From Nannocystis bainbridge (GTDB taxonomy: Bacteria; Myxococcota_A; Polyangia; Nannocystales; Nannocystaceae), in the NCBI RefSeq assembly GCF_028368995.1, contig NZ_JAQNDL010000003.1, positions 1,504,001 to 1,568,000 of the forward strand: a DNA stretch of 64,000 bases. Direction: 5' to 3'. Both the position numbers and the translations under genes were made by a program. A model generated the notes under the pieces. It searched no databases and was not told the DNA's origin. It saw only the letters and a list, made by a program, of their open reading frames with translations. Of this stretch, positions 9,032-18,484 are shown piece after piece. Numbering within the stretch: the stretch's first letter is position 1; every line of letters starts with the position of its first letter.

Positions 9032-10564
9032 TCACCGCACGAAGATCTGCCCTGGCTTCCCGTTGAGGTCGCCGCCCACGCACGAATCGTAGCACGTGCG
9101 CCACCCGCTCGCCGTCAGCCCGAACCCGTTACCGTCGACATCGCGCATGTGGAACGAATCCACGTTGCTCGTGTAACCCAGCCACGCCAGCATCGACGCG
9201 CCGTTCGGGCACGCCCCCTGGATCGCCGTCGGCTCGCCGACATAGTAGTGCGTGTTTTGATGCAGCTCGACGAAGTTCGCCACCACCGTATGGCGATAGA
9301 TCGTGCCTGCGAACGCCTTGCTGCCGGCGTGGTCGCCGAGCAGCACCTGCGTGAACTGGACCGCCTTGCCTGCCACGTCGAGCGCGTACGCGTTGCCGTC
9401 GTCGGCCAGCGAGCCCTGGGCGGCGCGCCAGCCGAAGCTGCCGCCGTTGTCGGTGTCGGCGCAGCCGGGGGCTGACGGCGTGTTGCGGGAGCGGCCGACC
9501 AGCGTCCAGCCGCCGCCGTCGATCGTCATCTCGCAGTACACGTCGAACGGCGCGCGCGGCCCGTCGCCGTCGACATCGATCTGGTACACCCCGTTCGGCG
9601 TGCTCGGCAGCCCGCTCTTCAGCTGCTTGCAATTCGTCGGCAGGTTGCACGAGCCGTTGACGCACGCTCCGGTCACGCAGTCCGTGTCGGCCGCGCAGTT
9701 CTTGCCCTTGTTGCAGGCCTTGCAGCTGCCGCCGCAGTCGATGTCGGTCTCCGGGCCGCTCTGGATCGCGTCGCTGCAGCTCGACACCTTGCATTCGATC
9801 GTGCACGCGTCGAGGTTGCTGAGGTTGGCGTCGTCGCACTCCTCGACGCCCGCCTGCACCTTCCCGTCGCCGCACTCCGCGTTCAAGCACGTGCTGAGGC
9901 ACGCGTCGGTGTCGTCCTGATTGCCGTCGTCGCACTCCTCGTTCGGCTGCAGCGCCCCGTCGCCGCACGTGGCGCTCTTGCACGTCGCCGTGCACGCGTC
10001 GGCGTCGTCGTCGTTGCCGTCGTCGCACGCCTCGCCCGGCCCCACGATCCCGTCGCCGCACACCGCCAGCGCGCACGCGTTGGTGCAGTCGTCGGTGTCC
10101 GTCTCGTTGCCGTCGTCGCACGCCTCGCCCGGCCCCACGATCCCGTCGCCGCAGCCGGCCGCCTCGCACGTGCTCGTGCAGTCGTCGCCGTCGTCGGGGT
10201 TGCCGTCGTCGCACGCCTCGACCCCGTCCAGCACCAGCCCGTCGCCGCACACCGCCAGCTTGCAGCCGGCCGTGCATTCGCCGGTGTCGTCGTTGTCGCC
10301 GCCGAGGTCGCACTCCTCCTCGCCCTCGATCTTGCCGTCCCCGCACACCGGCACCGGCGGCTCCATCCCGCCGCTGCCCATGTCGTCGCCCGGACCGCCG
10401 CTGGTCGGTGCGCTCGTCGACACGTCGGTCGCCGAGCCCATCGTCGACGGCGCCGTCATCGTCGCCGGCATGGTGGCAAATCCCGTCGATGGATCCTCGC
10501 CGGTGGCGCAGGCGACGAGGAAGGACGCGGCGACGACGAGGCACGGGGCGGCGATTCGGCTCAC
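9032..10564 (-). CDS. Lipoprotein with Myxococcus Cys-rich repeats (DUF4215-like) and fibrinogen-like YCDxxxxGGGW C-terminal domain
   Basis: Lipobox LVAC; six CGDG...E.CD repeats; ETDIDCGG; GVYQIDVDG...VYCEMTIDGGGWTLV. Probable GTG start 10564 (ORF track starts 10645). Confidence 0.88.
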   Translation of the reverse strand: MSRIAAPCLVVAASFLVACATGEDPSTGFATMPATMTAPSTMGSATDVSTSAPTSGGPGDDMGSGGMEPPVPVCGDGKIEGEEECDLGGDNDDTGECTAGCKLAVCGDGLVLDGVEACDDGNPDDGDDCTSTCEAAGCGDGIVGPGEACDDGNETDTDDCTNACALAVCGDGIVGPGEACDDGNDDDADACTATCKSATCGDGALQPNEECDDGNQDDTDACLSTCLNAECGDGKVQAGVEECDDANLSNLDACTIECKVSSCSDAIQSGPETDIDCGGSCKACNKGKNCAADTDCVTGACVNGSCNLPTNCKQLKSGLPSTPNGVYQIDVDGDGPRAPFDVYCEMTIDGGGWTLVGRSRNTPSAPGCADTDNGGSFGWRAAQGSLADDGNAYALDVAGKAVQFTQVLLGDHAGSKAFAGTIYRHTVVANFVELHQNTHYYVGEPTAIQGACPNGASMLAWLGYTSNVDSFHMRDVDGNGFGLTASGWRTCYDSCVGGDLNGKPGQIFVR

Positions 10565-10739
10565 GGCGAGCCACGCTAGCAGACGCGGTCGCACCTCCTC
10601 AAGCCGCGCGAATTCGCCGCTGCGCACCCGACGATACGCCTGCAAGCGCCGGAGGCCCGGGCACGCCCCCGCAGTCCCGCGGCGTCGCCGACGCCACCCG
10701 CATCACCGCCGCGCCACGCACCGGCAGCGCCAGCAAAAT

Positions 10740-10757
10740 CACATGTCCGAAGAGACA
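10740..10757. repeat. TGTC-N6-GACA site between divergent genes
   Basis: CACA TGTC CGAAGA GACA. Confidence 0.7.
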
Positions 10758-10850
10758 TCCGCTCGACATCGCCGCCGGCACCGGGCCGTGACATCGAAGT
10801 CGTGGAGACACGCACTGGCAGCGCCCGCGGCTGTCGTGCATCCTGCGAGC

Positions 10851-12128
10851 ATGGCCTCGATGACGCCGCGTCACGTATCGATCTGGGGCGCATTGACGTG
10901 CTTGCTGGCAGCATGCGGGCCCGGGGCGCCCGGTCATACCGCCTCCGCATCGAGCTCGGGGTCCGGCTCCGCCGCGAGCTCCGACGCCACCGCCCCGCCG
11001 AGCACCGGCGGCCCCGGCCCCACCGCCGCCAGCGCGAGCGAACCCGCCGTCACCGACACCGACCCCGGCCCCGACACGGCGCCCACCACCACGGCGACCT
11101 CGAGCGCCGACACCGGGCCCTCGCACGACGATACCTCCGACACCGACATCCCCCCGCAGCCGGGCGTGCCGCTGGACCAGTTCACCTGCGCCGACGCCCG
11201 CTGGCGCTTCGTCGAGCCGACGCTGAGCTCACCGGCCAACGCCCGCGTCGATTCGCGCGGCCACCTGCGGCTCACGAGCCATTGGGCGCTGCTGGAATTC
11301 GACGAGACCGGCGCGCTCGTGGGCCAGATCGAAGTCCCGCCGCCGTGGGGCTGGGGCGGTATCGACGCGGCCGACAATTTCTACGTGTCGTTCCTCGACG
11401 AGGGGGCCGCGCGCAAGGGCCTGCGCAAGCTCGCGGTCACCGGCGAGTCATTGTGGCAGACCGATCGCGGCCCCGCACAGGCCAACGATTTCTCCGGCCG
11501 CGTGACGGTCGCGCCCGACGGCACGACGCTCATCGCCGGCCGCAACGATACGCGCGCCGAGCGTTACGACCCCGCCGGCGCGCTCGTGTGGGACAAGACG
11601 CTGGCCGACAAGCGCTTCGACGATCCATTCGCCATGAACACCGCCGGGGTCGCCGCGGCGATCCGCTACGGCGTCGACGGAGCCGTCCTCGCCCTCGCGC
11701 CCGACGCCTCCGTGCTGTGGGAGCGGCCCTTCGGATCGCGGGGTCGAGCGTTCGCCGACATCGACGAGGGCGGCGTGGTGGTCGCGGCGTCGCTGAGCTG
11801 GCCGCCCCACGTGATCCGCCTGGCGAGCGACGGCGCGGTGCTGTGGGACAAGACGATCGAGCTGCCGATGCTCGCCGACGGCCACGTCTCCGCGGTCGCC
11901 ACCAACGAGGTCGGCGCGATCGCCCTGGCGATCGGCGCGACCCTCCACGACACGCAGGTGGCCCTGGCGCTGCGGCTCGGCCCCGACGGCGAGGTGACCG
12001 CGCTGCACGCCTGCGATCCCACCAGCGATGGCCAGGGCATCGCGCTCGACGAGGCCGGCACGATCTACCTGGCCGGCGTCGTCTGGGCCGAGGACGGCGA
12101 GCACCTGTTCGCGGTCGCGCTCGAATGA
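10851..12128 (+). CDS. Lipoprotein with Ser/Thr/Pro stalk and PQQ-like beta-propeller
   Basis: Lipobox LAAC; repeats such as YDPAGALVWDK, LAPDASVLWER, LASDGAVLWDK. Upstream part of ORF 9921..12128 is the antisense shadow of the previous gene. Confidence 0.82.
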   Translation: MASMTPRHVSIWGALTCLLAACGPGAPGHTASASSSGSGSAASSDATAPPSTGGPGPTAASASEPAVTDTDPGPDTAPTTTATSSADTGPSHDDTSDTDIPPQPGVPLDQFTCADARWRFVEPTLSSPANARVDSRGHLRLTSHWALLEFDETGALVGQIEVPPPWGWGGIDAADNFYVSFLDEGAARKGLRKLAVTGESLWQTDRGPAQANDFSGRVTVAPDGTTLIAGRNDTRAERYDPAGALVWDKTLADKRFDDPFAMNTAGVAAAIRYGVDGAVLALAPDASVLWERPFGSRGRAFADIDEGGVVVAASLSWPPHVIRLASDGAVLWDKTIELPMLADGHVSAVATNEVGAIALAIGATLHDTQVALALRLGPDGEVTALHACDPTSDGQGIALDEAGTIYLAGVVWAEDGEHLFAVALE

Positions 12129-12447
12129 TCGCAGCGCCGACGTGCGCCTCGCTCCCCGAAAGCGATGCCATCACCCGGCCCTGGAGCATAATCGGCGATC
12201 TCCCGCGGAAGCGATCTGCGATCGCATCGGCCGCGCGGCGGACTTCGACGCGATGACAGCGGCTCGCCGCATACGACGCTGAAGTGGCGACTCTCGCGGC
12301 ATCGATCGCACTCGGCCATTAAGTAGTTTGCGACGACGTCATTGGCCTCGCCGCGCCGCCCTGACGCGACGATCGGTCCGCCGAAATTTCGCGCCCGGCA
12401 GCGCCGGGCCGCGCGACTCCGACCGCTCATTGGCGCGGCGCTGCGGT

Positions 12448-12478
12448 CTGAACTCACATGGCTCGAAGTTCAGGTCGC
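12448..12478. promoter_or_regulatory. Palindromic operator-like site CTGAAC-N14-GTTCAG(GTCGC), copy 2
   Basis: CTGAAC TCACATGGCTCGAA GTTCAG GTCGC; shares arms, inner ACATG and 3' GTCGC with the copy at 997-1027. Confidence 0.55.
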
Positions 12479-12809
12479 CGATCCCAAAGGCCCGAGCCTC
12501 GGCGAATATGCGCCGGCGAAAAATCGTGGACGACCGGGGCTCACCGCCCCGGCCGATACGATCTCGTCGCCCCACGCTCGCGTCGCCCCTGGCGATCGCG
12601 GCTTTGGGTCGTCTTTGTCCAATCGATCGCTCGGAGGCGCGCATCGAGGAACGTGGCCAGGGTGCCCACCCCGCCCTCGCGCTGTTTCAGACCCTGCGAC
12701 AGGGCCGCATTCCTGAGGCTGCTCAAGCATTCAGTATGCTCCGGGCGTGGTGTCTCCCGCACTAAAACCGCACGAGGTCGCCAGCGCGGAGCAACTCGGC
12801 CGGTTGGTG

Positions 12810-13030
12810 TCGCCGGGCAGGGTTGCCGAAATCTCCAGAGGCGGGCGCAGCTCGGCTCGCCGCCGCGGTCGCCCTCGTGCGACAGGCCCAAGTCGAAGGC
12901 GAGACGGTGGCGTGGATCCAGCCCGAAGGGGGCGGCCTCCTTCCGAGCGACCTCGCGGACAACGGTGTCGACACCGACGCCCTGGAGCGCGGCCACGCCG
13001 GCCTCGCGCGCGCGGCCGAAATGTCGCTGC
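12810..13030 (+). pseudogene. imuA: Decayed RecA-like ImuA fragment
   Basis: PGRVAEIS in one frame, then AAAVALVRQAQVEGETVAWIQPEGGGLLPSDLADNGVDTDAL...LARAAE in another; resembles ImuA-type RecA-fold proteins; frameshifted and truncated; no imuB/dnaE2 follows. Confidence 0.6.
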
Positions 13031-13284
13031 ATGTTGCTCAATGCAGCGCGCTGCATCCACGGGTTTTCGTGTCGAAGTTGGCGCGAATGCGGCGTGGGGT
13101 CCAAAGACCATCGGGGCGCAAACGAACGTTACAGCGTGCTCTCCCTAAACCAAAATGGGCGCTTTGTGGACGTCGCATTTCGCTTGCGTACCGTCTGTCG
13201 CAAGGGTAGAGGAGCCATGGTCGGTGCTCTCCATTCCGGAGAACGCCGCCGTCTGCAGCGAGACGATACGAGGAGCGCATTTCC

Positions 13285-14493
13285 ATGGCCATCGCGAGCA
13301 ACACCGTTGTCCTCTACAAAGACGCCAACTTCAGCGGTACGCAATACGTCATCGACGTCTATCGATACACCCCGAAGATGGTTCAATCTATCTCCGGAAC
13401 GAGCATGCAGGACCAGGCCACGAGCCTGCGCTACAACCTCCAGCGGGGGTGTGTTGTCACGTTGTTCCAGAACAACGTGGCCTCGCTGAACTTCCCGAGC
13501 CTCAAGGGGGCGGGCAAGGTCCTCGACCTCATAGGGGACGGTGCGGAGCACGAGGTCAGGCTGTCGGATTACGGCATGAACGACTGCGTGTCCGCGTTCT
13601 GGTGGCGGCAGGTTGACCTGTCTCAAGGGTACATGGAATTGTACGACGATGCCGATTGCCGCGGGCAACACACTACGATCTTCATCGCGGAGTTTCCCGT
13701 CAACAGCGAGCCCTACAACGTGGACGGCTGGCAGGTCGACGATAAACTCAGCTCCGTCCGATGGATGGGCATGGCCGATACCATCGTCGTCATACTCTAC
13801 GACCACGCCGACGGAACCGGGTCGTCCTTCTCGAACATCAACAACGGGGACGGGGAGTGCCTCAAGCTGAGCGCCTACAGCTTCAACGACAAGACCTCCT
13901 CGTTCAAGGTCACCCGCCTCAAAGCGGTCAAGGAGGAGATCAAGCAGGTCGTCATCCACAACGTCGAGCCATATAACACTTCACAGACGCAGTTAAAATC
14001 GGACGGCAAGGTGAACGGGGAGAATACCACCGCGAAGGTCGATTGCACCTACACCGCGACCGTCACGGAGACGACCTCGGTCACGGTGACCGAGTCGCAC
14101 ACCATTGGCGCCGCCCTCCAGTACACCTACCAGTGGCGGAGGACGCCGGGGTCGGACCAGGGATGGGATCTGACGCTTGGCATGACGTACGATTACACGA
14201 AAGAGCAGAGCAACACGAACTCCACCAGCAAGACCATCGGGCTGTCCTTCAGCCAGGAGTACGAGGTCCCGCCGAAATCCACGTGGCACTTCTTGTGGAT
14301 CGCCAGCATCGGTAGCGTCGACGAGAAGTTCACCGCGACCGCGATCCGCTGGTACGACATGCCGCTCAAGGGCACGGTCCTCGACGGCGGATTATTCATG
14401 CGGGAGGAGACGCTGACCGGCATGTTCACCGGCGTGATGTACCTCGACAATTACAGCGATTTCTCTACGAAGCCCATCGAGAGCGCCGAGTGA
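13285..14493 (+). CDS. Beta/gamma-crystallin domains fused to an aerolysin/ETX-MTX2-like pore-forming domain
   Basis: Four Greek-key motifs (VVLYKDANFSG..DQATSLR; ..NDCVSAF; ELYDDADCRG..DDKLSSVR; ILYDHADGTG..NDKTSSFK); Ser/Thr-rich C-terminal beta region (TVTETTSVTVTESHTIGAALQY...YDYTKEQSNTNSTSKT...EVPPKS); RBS GAGGAG; no signal peptide. Confidence 0.8.
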   Translation: MAIASNTVVLYKDANFSGTQYVIDVYRYTPKMVQSISGTSMQDQATSLRYNLQRGCVVTLFQNNVASLNFPSLKGAGKVLDLIGDGAEHEVRLSDYGMNDCVSAFWWRQVDLSQGYMELYDDADCRGQHTTIFIAEFPVNSEPYNVDGWQVDDKLSSVRWMGMADTIVVILYDHADGTGSSFSNINNGDGECLKLSAYSFNDKTSSFKVTRLKAVKEEIKQVVIHNVEPYNTSQTQLKSDGKVNGENTTAKVDCTYTATVTETTSVTVTESHTIGAALQYTYQWRRTPGSDQGWDLTLGMTYDYTKEQSNTNSTSKTIGLSFSQEYEVPPKSTWHFLWIASIGSVDEKFTATAIRWYDMPLKGTVLDGGLFMREETLTGMFTGVMYLDNYSDFSTKPIESAE

Positions 14494-14646
14494 CGCCGAG
14501 TAGTAAACTCGGCCCGTCGCAAGCGTCGACCCGCTCGACGCCCCGAAGCGGGCCGTCGCATCGTCAGTTCAGATGCCGGCGGCCGTGCCGCCGACGCATC
14601 GCTGCGAGCGCGTCTCCCCGGCGCGGCGGCGACGGGAGCGCGGATC

Positions 14647-14781
14647 TGTCCGAATGGACATATCCGAGCGCAGAGGGAGTGAACTCGCCGGTGAAGTCGA
14701 GGGAGCCCTCGTCGTAGCCGCTGAATCGCAGGTCGACGACAAAGACCGCGCGCGAACGATTGATGCATGTCCATCAAGTCA
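14647..14781. repeat. Two TGTC-N6-GACA family sites between convergent genes
   Basis: 14647 TGTC CGAATG GACA TATC; 14768 TGTC CATCAA GTCA (variant). Confidence 0.65.
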
Positions 14782-14795
14782 TCCACGCATTCGCA

Positions 14796-15689
14796 TCACC
14801 CCAGCGCCCCGCGCAGGTGCTCGACGAACGCTCGCACCCGCGGCGTCCCGCGCAGCTCCACCCGGTACAGCGCCGCCACCGAAGCCCCTGCCGTCGTCCA
14901 CTGCGGCAGGATCGCCCGCAGCTGCCCCGCCGCCAGCTCTTGCGCTACCAGCCAGTCGGGCAGCAGCGCCACCCCCAGGCCCGCCACCGCCGCGTCGCGC
15001 AGCACCGCCAGCACGTTGCAGGCCAGCACCTCGCGCACTGGAACCACCTCCTCGCGCGGCCCCTTCGTGAAGCGCCAGCGGATCGCCGGCGCCCCCGAGC
15101 CGAACACCTGGACCAGCGCGTCGTGGCGGGCCAGCGCCGCCGGCTCTTTCGGCTCGCCGCGACGGCGCAGGTAGCTCGGCGCTGCCACGGCCACGCGCGG
15201 CACCGTCGCCAGCGGCACGCCGATCAGCCCGTCCGCGGCTGACGGCACCAGCGTCGTCGCCCGGATCGCCACATCGACGCCGTCGCCGACCAGGTCGGTG
15301 ATGCGGTCCTCGAGGCGCAGATCGATGCGCAGGCGCGGGTGCTTGGCGAACAGCGCTGGCAGCGTCGGCGCCACCCGCAGCCCGCCGAACGTCACCGACG
15401 CCGCCACCACCAGGCGGCCCTCGACCGCATCGCTTCGGCGCGCCCCCGCTTGCGCCTCCTCCACCTCGCGCAAGATCTGGACGCAGCGCTCGTAGTACGT
15501 CCGACCCACCTCCGTCACCGTCAGTCGCCGCGTCGTGCGCAGCACCAGCGTCGCCCCCAGCTCCTCCTCGAGCGCGCGCAGCTGTCGGCTGATCGCCGGC
15601 GTCGACAGTCGGAGCCGGCGCGCCGCCGCCGACAGGCTCCCGCCCTCCACGATCCGCACGAACGTCGCCATCTGGGCCAGCAGGTCCAT
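14796..15689 (-). CDS. LysR family transcriptional regulator (CrgA-like)
   Basis: MDLLAQMATFVRIVEGGSLSAAARRL...LEEELGATLVLRTTRRLTVTE; divergent from an SDR. Confidence 0.95.
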   Translation of the reverse strand: MDLLAQMATFVRIVEGGSLSAAARRLRLSTPAISRQLRALEEELGATLVLRTTRRLTVTEVGRTYYERCVQILREVEEAQAGARRSDAVEGRLVVAASVTFGGLRVAPTLPALFAKHPRLRIDLRLEDRITDLVGDGVDVAIRATTLVPSAADGLIGVPLATVPRVAVAAPSYLRRRGEPKEPAALARHDALVQVFGSGAPAIRWRFTKGPREEVVPVREVLACNVLAVLRDAAVAGLGVALLPDWLVAQELAAGQLRAILPQWTTAGASVAALYRVELRGTPRVRAFVEHLRGALG

Positions 15690-15790
15690 CCTTCGAGGAT
15701 TTCCGATTGTTGCGCCGCACGCAAGGGTGACTTGCGGCCGGCGGGTCTACTGCGCGCCGCCGCCTGCCCTCATCTTCGGCCGCACCCACC

Positions 15791-16537
15791 ATGACAACTT
15801 TCACCGACAAGATCGTGCTCGTCACCGGCATCTCTTCTGGCATCGGCCTCGCCACTGCGCGGGCCTTCGCGGCCGCCGGGGCCCGGCTCGTGCTCGGCAG
15901 CCGCGACGTCGCCGCCGGCGAGGCCCTGGTCGAAGAGCTGCGCGGGCGCGGCGGCGAGGCCCTGTTCGTCGCCACCGACGTCACCGCGCCGACCGGCCTC
16001 GAGGCGCTGGTGGCCGCTGGTCTGCGCCGCTTCGACCGCCTCGACGTCGCCGTCAACAACGCCGGTATCGAGGTCACCGGCACCCTCGAGGGCGGCGACG
16101 AGGACGCCTTCGACCGCGCCTTCGCCACCAACGTGAAGGGCCTGTGGCGGGCGCTGCGGGCCCAGATCCCGGCGCTCCGGCGCGGCACCGGCGGCGCCAT
16201 CGTCAACCTCGGCTCGGTCGCCGGCATGCGCGGCATGCCGGGCGCCAGCGTCTACGCCACCAGCAAGCTCGCCGTCGAAGGCTTCACCCGCTCCGCCGCG
16301 CTCGAGCTCGCCCCGCACGGCATTCGCGTCAACGCCGTCGCCCCTGGCCCCGTCGCCACGCCGATGCTCGATCGCTTCACCGGCGGCCACCCCGAGATGA
16401 TGGCCGCGCACGTCCCTCTCGGCCGCCTGGCCCGGCCCGAGGAGATCGCCCGCGCCGTGCTGTGGCTGGCCTCCGACGACGCCTCCTACGTCACCGGCAC
16501 GACCCTCGCCGTCGACGGCGGCTTCCTGGCCCGCTGA
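15791..16537 (+). CDS. Short-chain dehydrogenase/reductase
   Basis: TGISSGIG, NNAG, YATSK, RVNAVAPG, VDGG. Confidence 0.95.
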   Translation: MTTFTDKIVLVTGISSGIGLATARAFAAAGARLVLGSRDVAAGEALVEELRGRGGEALFVATDVTAPTGLEALVAAGLRRFDRLDVAVNNAGIEVTGTLEGGDEDAFDRAFATNVKGLWRALRAQIPALRRGTGGAIVNLGSVAGMRGMPGASVYATSKLAVEGFTRSAALELAPHGIRVNAVAPGPVATPMLDRFTGGHPEMMAAHVPLGRLARPEEIARAVLWLASDDASYVTGTTLAVDGGFLAR

Positions 16538-16612
16538 CCGGCGACCCATCGCCGGCGCGACGCGTAGCGCGGCTGCTTGCGGCGGCCGCCACCGACGCGG
16601 TACTCCTGCGCC

Positions 16613-17428
16613 ATGCGCGTGTTTCGCTCGTTCGGTCCGCTCGTGTGGACTGTCGTGTCGGTGGTCGCTTGCGGGTCCGATTCGAACGCGACGGACACCG
16701 CGACCGGCGTCGAAGCCGAAAATCCGCGCGAGGTCTGCGACCGTTACCTCGTATGCATCGCAGCGGTCGCGCCCGCGGGGCTGCCGGCCGCGCAGATGGG
16801 CTTCGGCGACGACGGCTCGTGCTGGAAGGGCAGCGACAAGGACGCCCGGCTGTGCATCGACGCCTGCGGCGCCGGCCTGAAGCAGTACCACGAGCTGTTC
16901 CCCGGCAGAGGCGAATGCGACCTGTGCCAGGACCATGACGATTGCGATCGAGCCGCCGGCGAATTGTGTTACCAGGGCGAATGCACCGTGACGACCTGCG
17001 GCAACGGCGTGGTCGAGGACGATGAGATCTGCGATTCAGCACAGTCTGCCTGCGACGCCGACTGTCAGGGGCCCTCGGCGTGCAACCCGCTCTCGGGGTA
17101 CGGCTGCGAGTCCGACGCCTGCGCCCTCTATGCCGTCGGCGGCAGCGACCCCGGCATCATCGCCCAGTGCGCCCAGTTCACGGTGATCCCCGCGGGCGAG
17201 GCCTGCCAGATGACGAGCCTCGGGCTGTGCGAGCCCGGGTTCGCCTGCACCTCCCCGTCCCAGCTCCCGACCTGCGACCCCGGCGGTCAGGACGGCTGCT
17301 GCGCGCGGCTGTGCATGGTGAACGCGGCGACCGAATGCGCCGAGGGTGAGGACTGCGTCGCGTATGCGCCGCCCCTCCATACATTGCCCGCCGACCTCGA
17401 TTACGTCGGCGTGTGCGTCCCTGGGTGA
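16613..17428 (+). CDS. Cys-rich lipoprotein
   Basis: Lipobox VVAC; CGNGVVEDDEICD repeat; C-terminal GCCARLC...VGVCVP typical of myxobacterial Cys-rich proteins. Confidence 0.8.
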   Translation: MRVFRSFGPLVWTVVSVVACGSDSNATDTATGVEAENPREVCDRYLVCIAAVAPAGLPAAQMGFGDDGSCWKGSDKDARLCIDACGAGLKQYHELFPGRGECDLCQDHDDCDRAAGELCYQGECTVTTCGNGVVEDDEICDSAQSACDADCQGPSACNPLSGYGCESDACALYAVGGSDPGIIAQCAQFTVIPAGEACQMTSLGLCEPGFACTSPSQLPTCDPGGQDGCCARLCMVNAATECAEGEDCVAYAPPLHTLPADLDYVGVCVPG

Positions 17429-17490
17429 AGGCGCTCGGCGATCGCGCCATTCGCTCGGACCGCCGAGAATCGCGGGATCGTTCGCGCGGC

Positions 17491-17512
17491 GACATGTCCT
17501 CTCGAACATGTC
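17491..17512. repeat. TGTC-N6-GACA family array
   Basis: GACA TGTC CTCTCG AACA TGTC. Confidence 0.7.
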
Positions 17513-17582
17513 CTTTAAACCGGCATCGACGACGCGCTCGCGCCTGTTCCCAGCAGGCCGCCTCGCGTTGTAGACTGCGGCC

Positions 17583-18368
17583 GTGCGCCTCGCTCTCCCG
17601 CTGCTCCTGCTGTGCGCCTGCGCCGCTCCTGTCGCCCGTGGCGGCGCCTCGGCGCCCACCCAGGCGCCGGAGCCCGTCGCCGCGGCGCCCACCGATCTCG
17701 CCGTCCCGGCCGCGTCACCGCCTCCGCCCGAGGTCAACGTCAACCCGGGCATCAACGACTCCTGGCGCGGCAGCGACACCCGGCGGTTGACCCGGCGGCT
17801 CGAGTCCGAGTCGCGGGAGATCTGGGTCCAGCGCCAGCGCCTCGTCGACGCCGTCGCCGCCCGGCCCGGCGCCGTGATCGCCGACGTCGGCGCTGGCTCG
17901 GGGTTCCTCACCTTGCTGCTCGCGCGCGCCGTCGGCCCCGGCGGCAAGGTCTACGCCCTCGACATCAACCACGGCCTGCTCGCCAGCATCGCCGCCGACG
18001 CGCGCGCGGCCGGGCTGCACAATGTCGAGACCCTCGTGACGCCCGAGGATCGCACCCCGCTCGCCCCCGACTCCGTCGACCTCGTGTTCATGTGCGACGC
18101 CTATCATCACTTCGAGTATCCGCGCAGCATGATGCGATCGCTGCGCGCCGCCCTGCGGCCTGGCGGCGAGCTCGTGCTCGTCGAGCTCGAGCGGATCCCC
18201 GGCAAGACCAGCCAGGCGATGCTCGATCACGTGCGCGCCGGCAAGGATGTCTTCCTCGCCGAGCTGCTGGCTGACGGCTTCGAACTCGTGCGCGAGGAGC
18301 CCGTCCCCGAGCTCGTCGAGAATTACGTCCTGCGCCTGCGCCGCTCCGCGGACCCGGCTGCGCCCTGA
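17583..18368 (+). CDS. Class I SAM-dependent methyltransferase with lipoprotein signal
   Basis: VIADVGAGSG, KVYALDI, DLVFMCDAYHH, LRPGG; N-terminal LLLCAC. Confidence 0.9.
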   Translation: MRLALPLLLLCACAAPVARGGASAPTQAPEPVAAAPTDLAVPAASPPPPEVNVNPGINDSWRGSDTRRLTRRLESESREIWVQRQRLVDAVAARPGAVIADVGAGSGFLTLLLARAVGPGGKVYALDINHGLLASIAADARAAGLHNVETLVTPEDRTPLAPDSVDLVFMCDAYHHFEYPRSMMRSLRAALRPGGELVLVELERIPGKTSQAMLDHVRAGKDVFLAELLADGFELVREEPVPELVENYVLRLRRSADPAAP

Positions 18369-18484
18369 GCCTGCGCTCGCGGTCGCATCGCGCGTCGAGC
18401 GAGCGCGAGGTCCACGTCCGGCGGACGGCGCCGCTGCCGCGCGAATCTGCCCCGCGGCCTCGTGTTACAAGCGAGCAAGCAAGC

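Noticed and set aside
12448-12478. Calling the CTGAAC...GTTCAG sites canonical LexA boxes
   Set aside because: The 14-bp spacer does not fit the M. xanthus consensus as I recall it; kept only as an unassigned operator-like motif.
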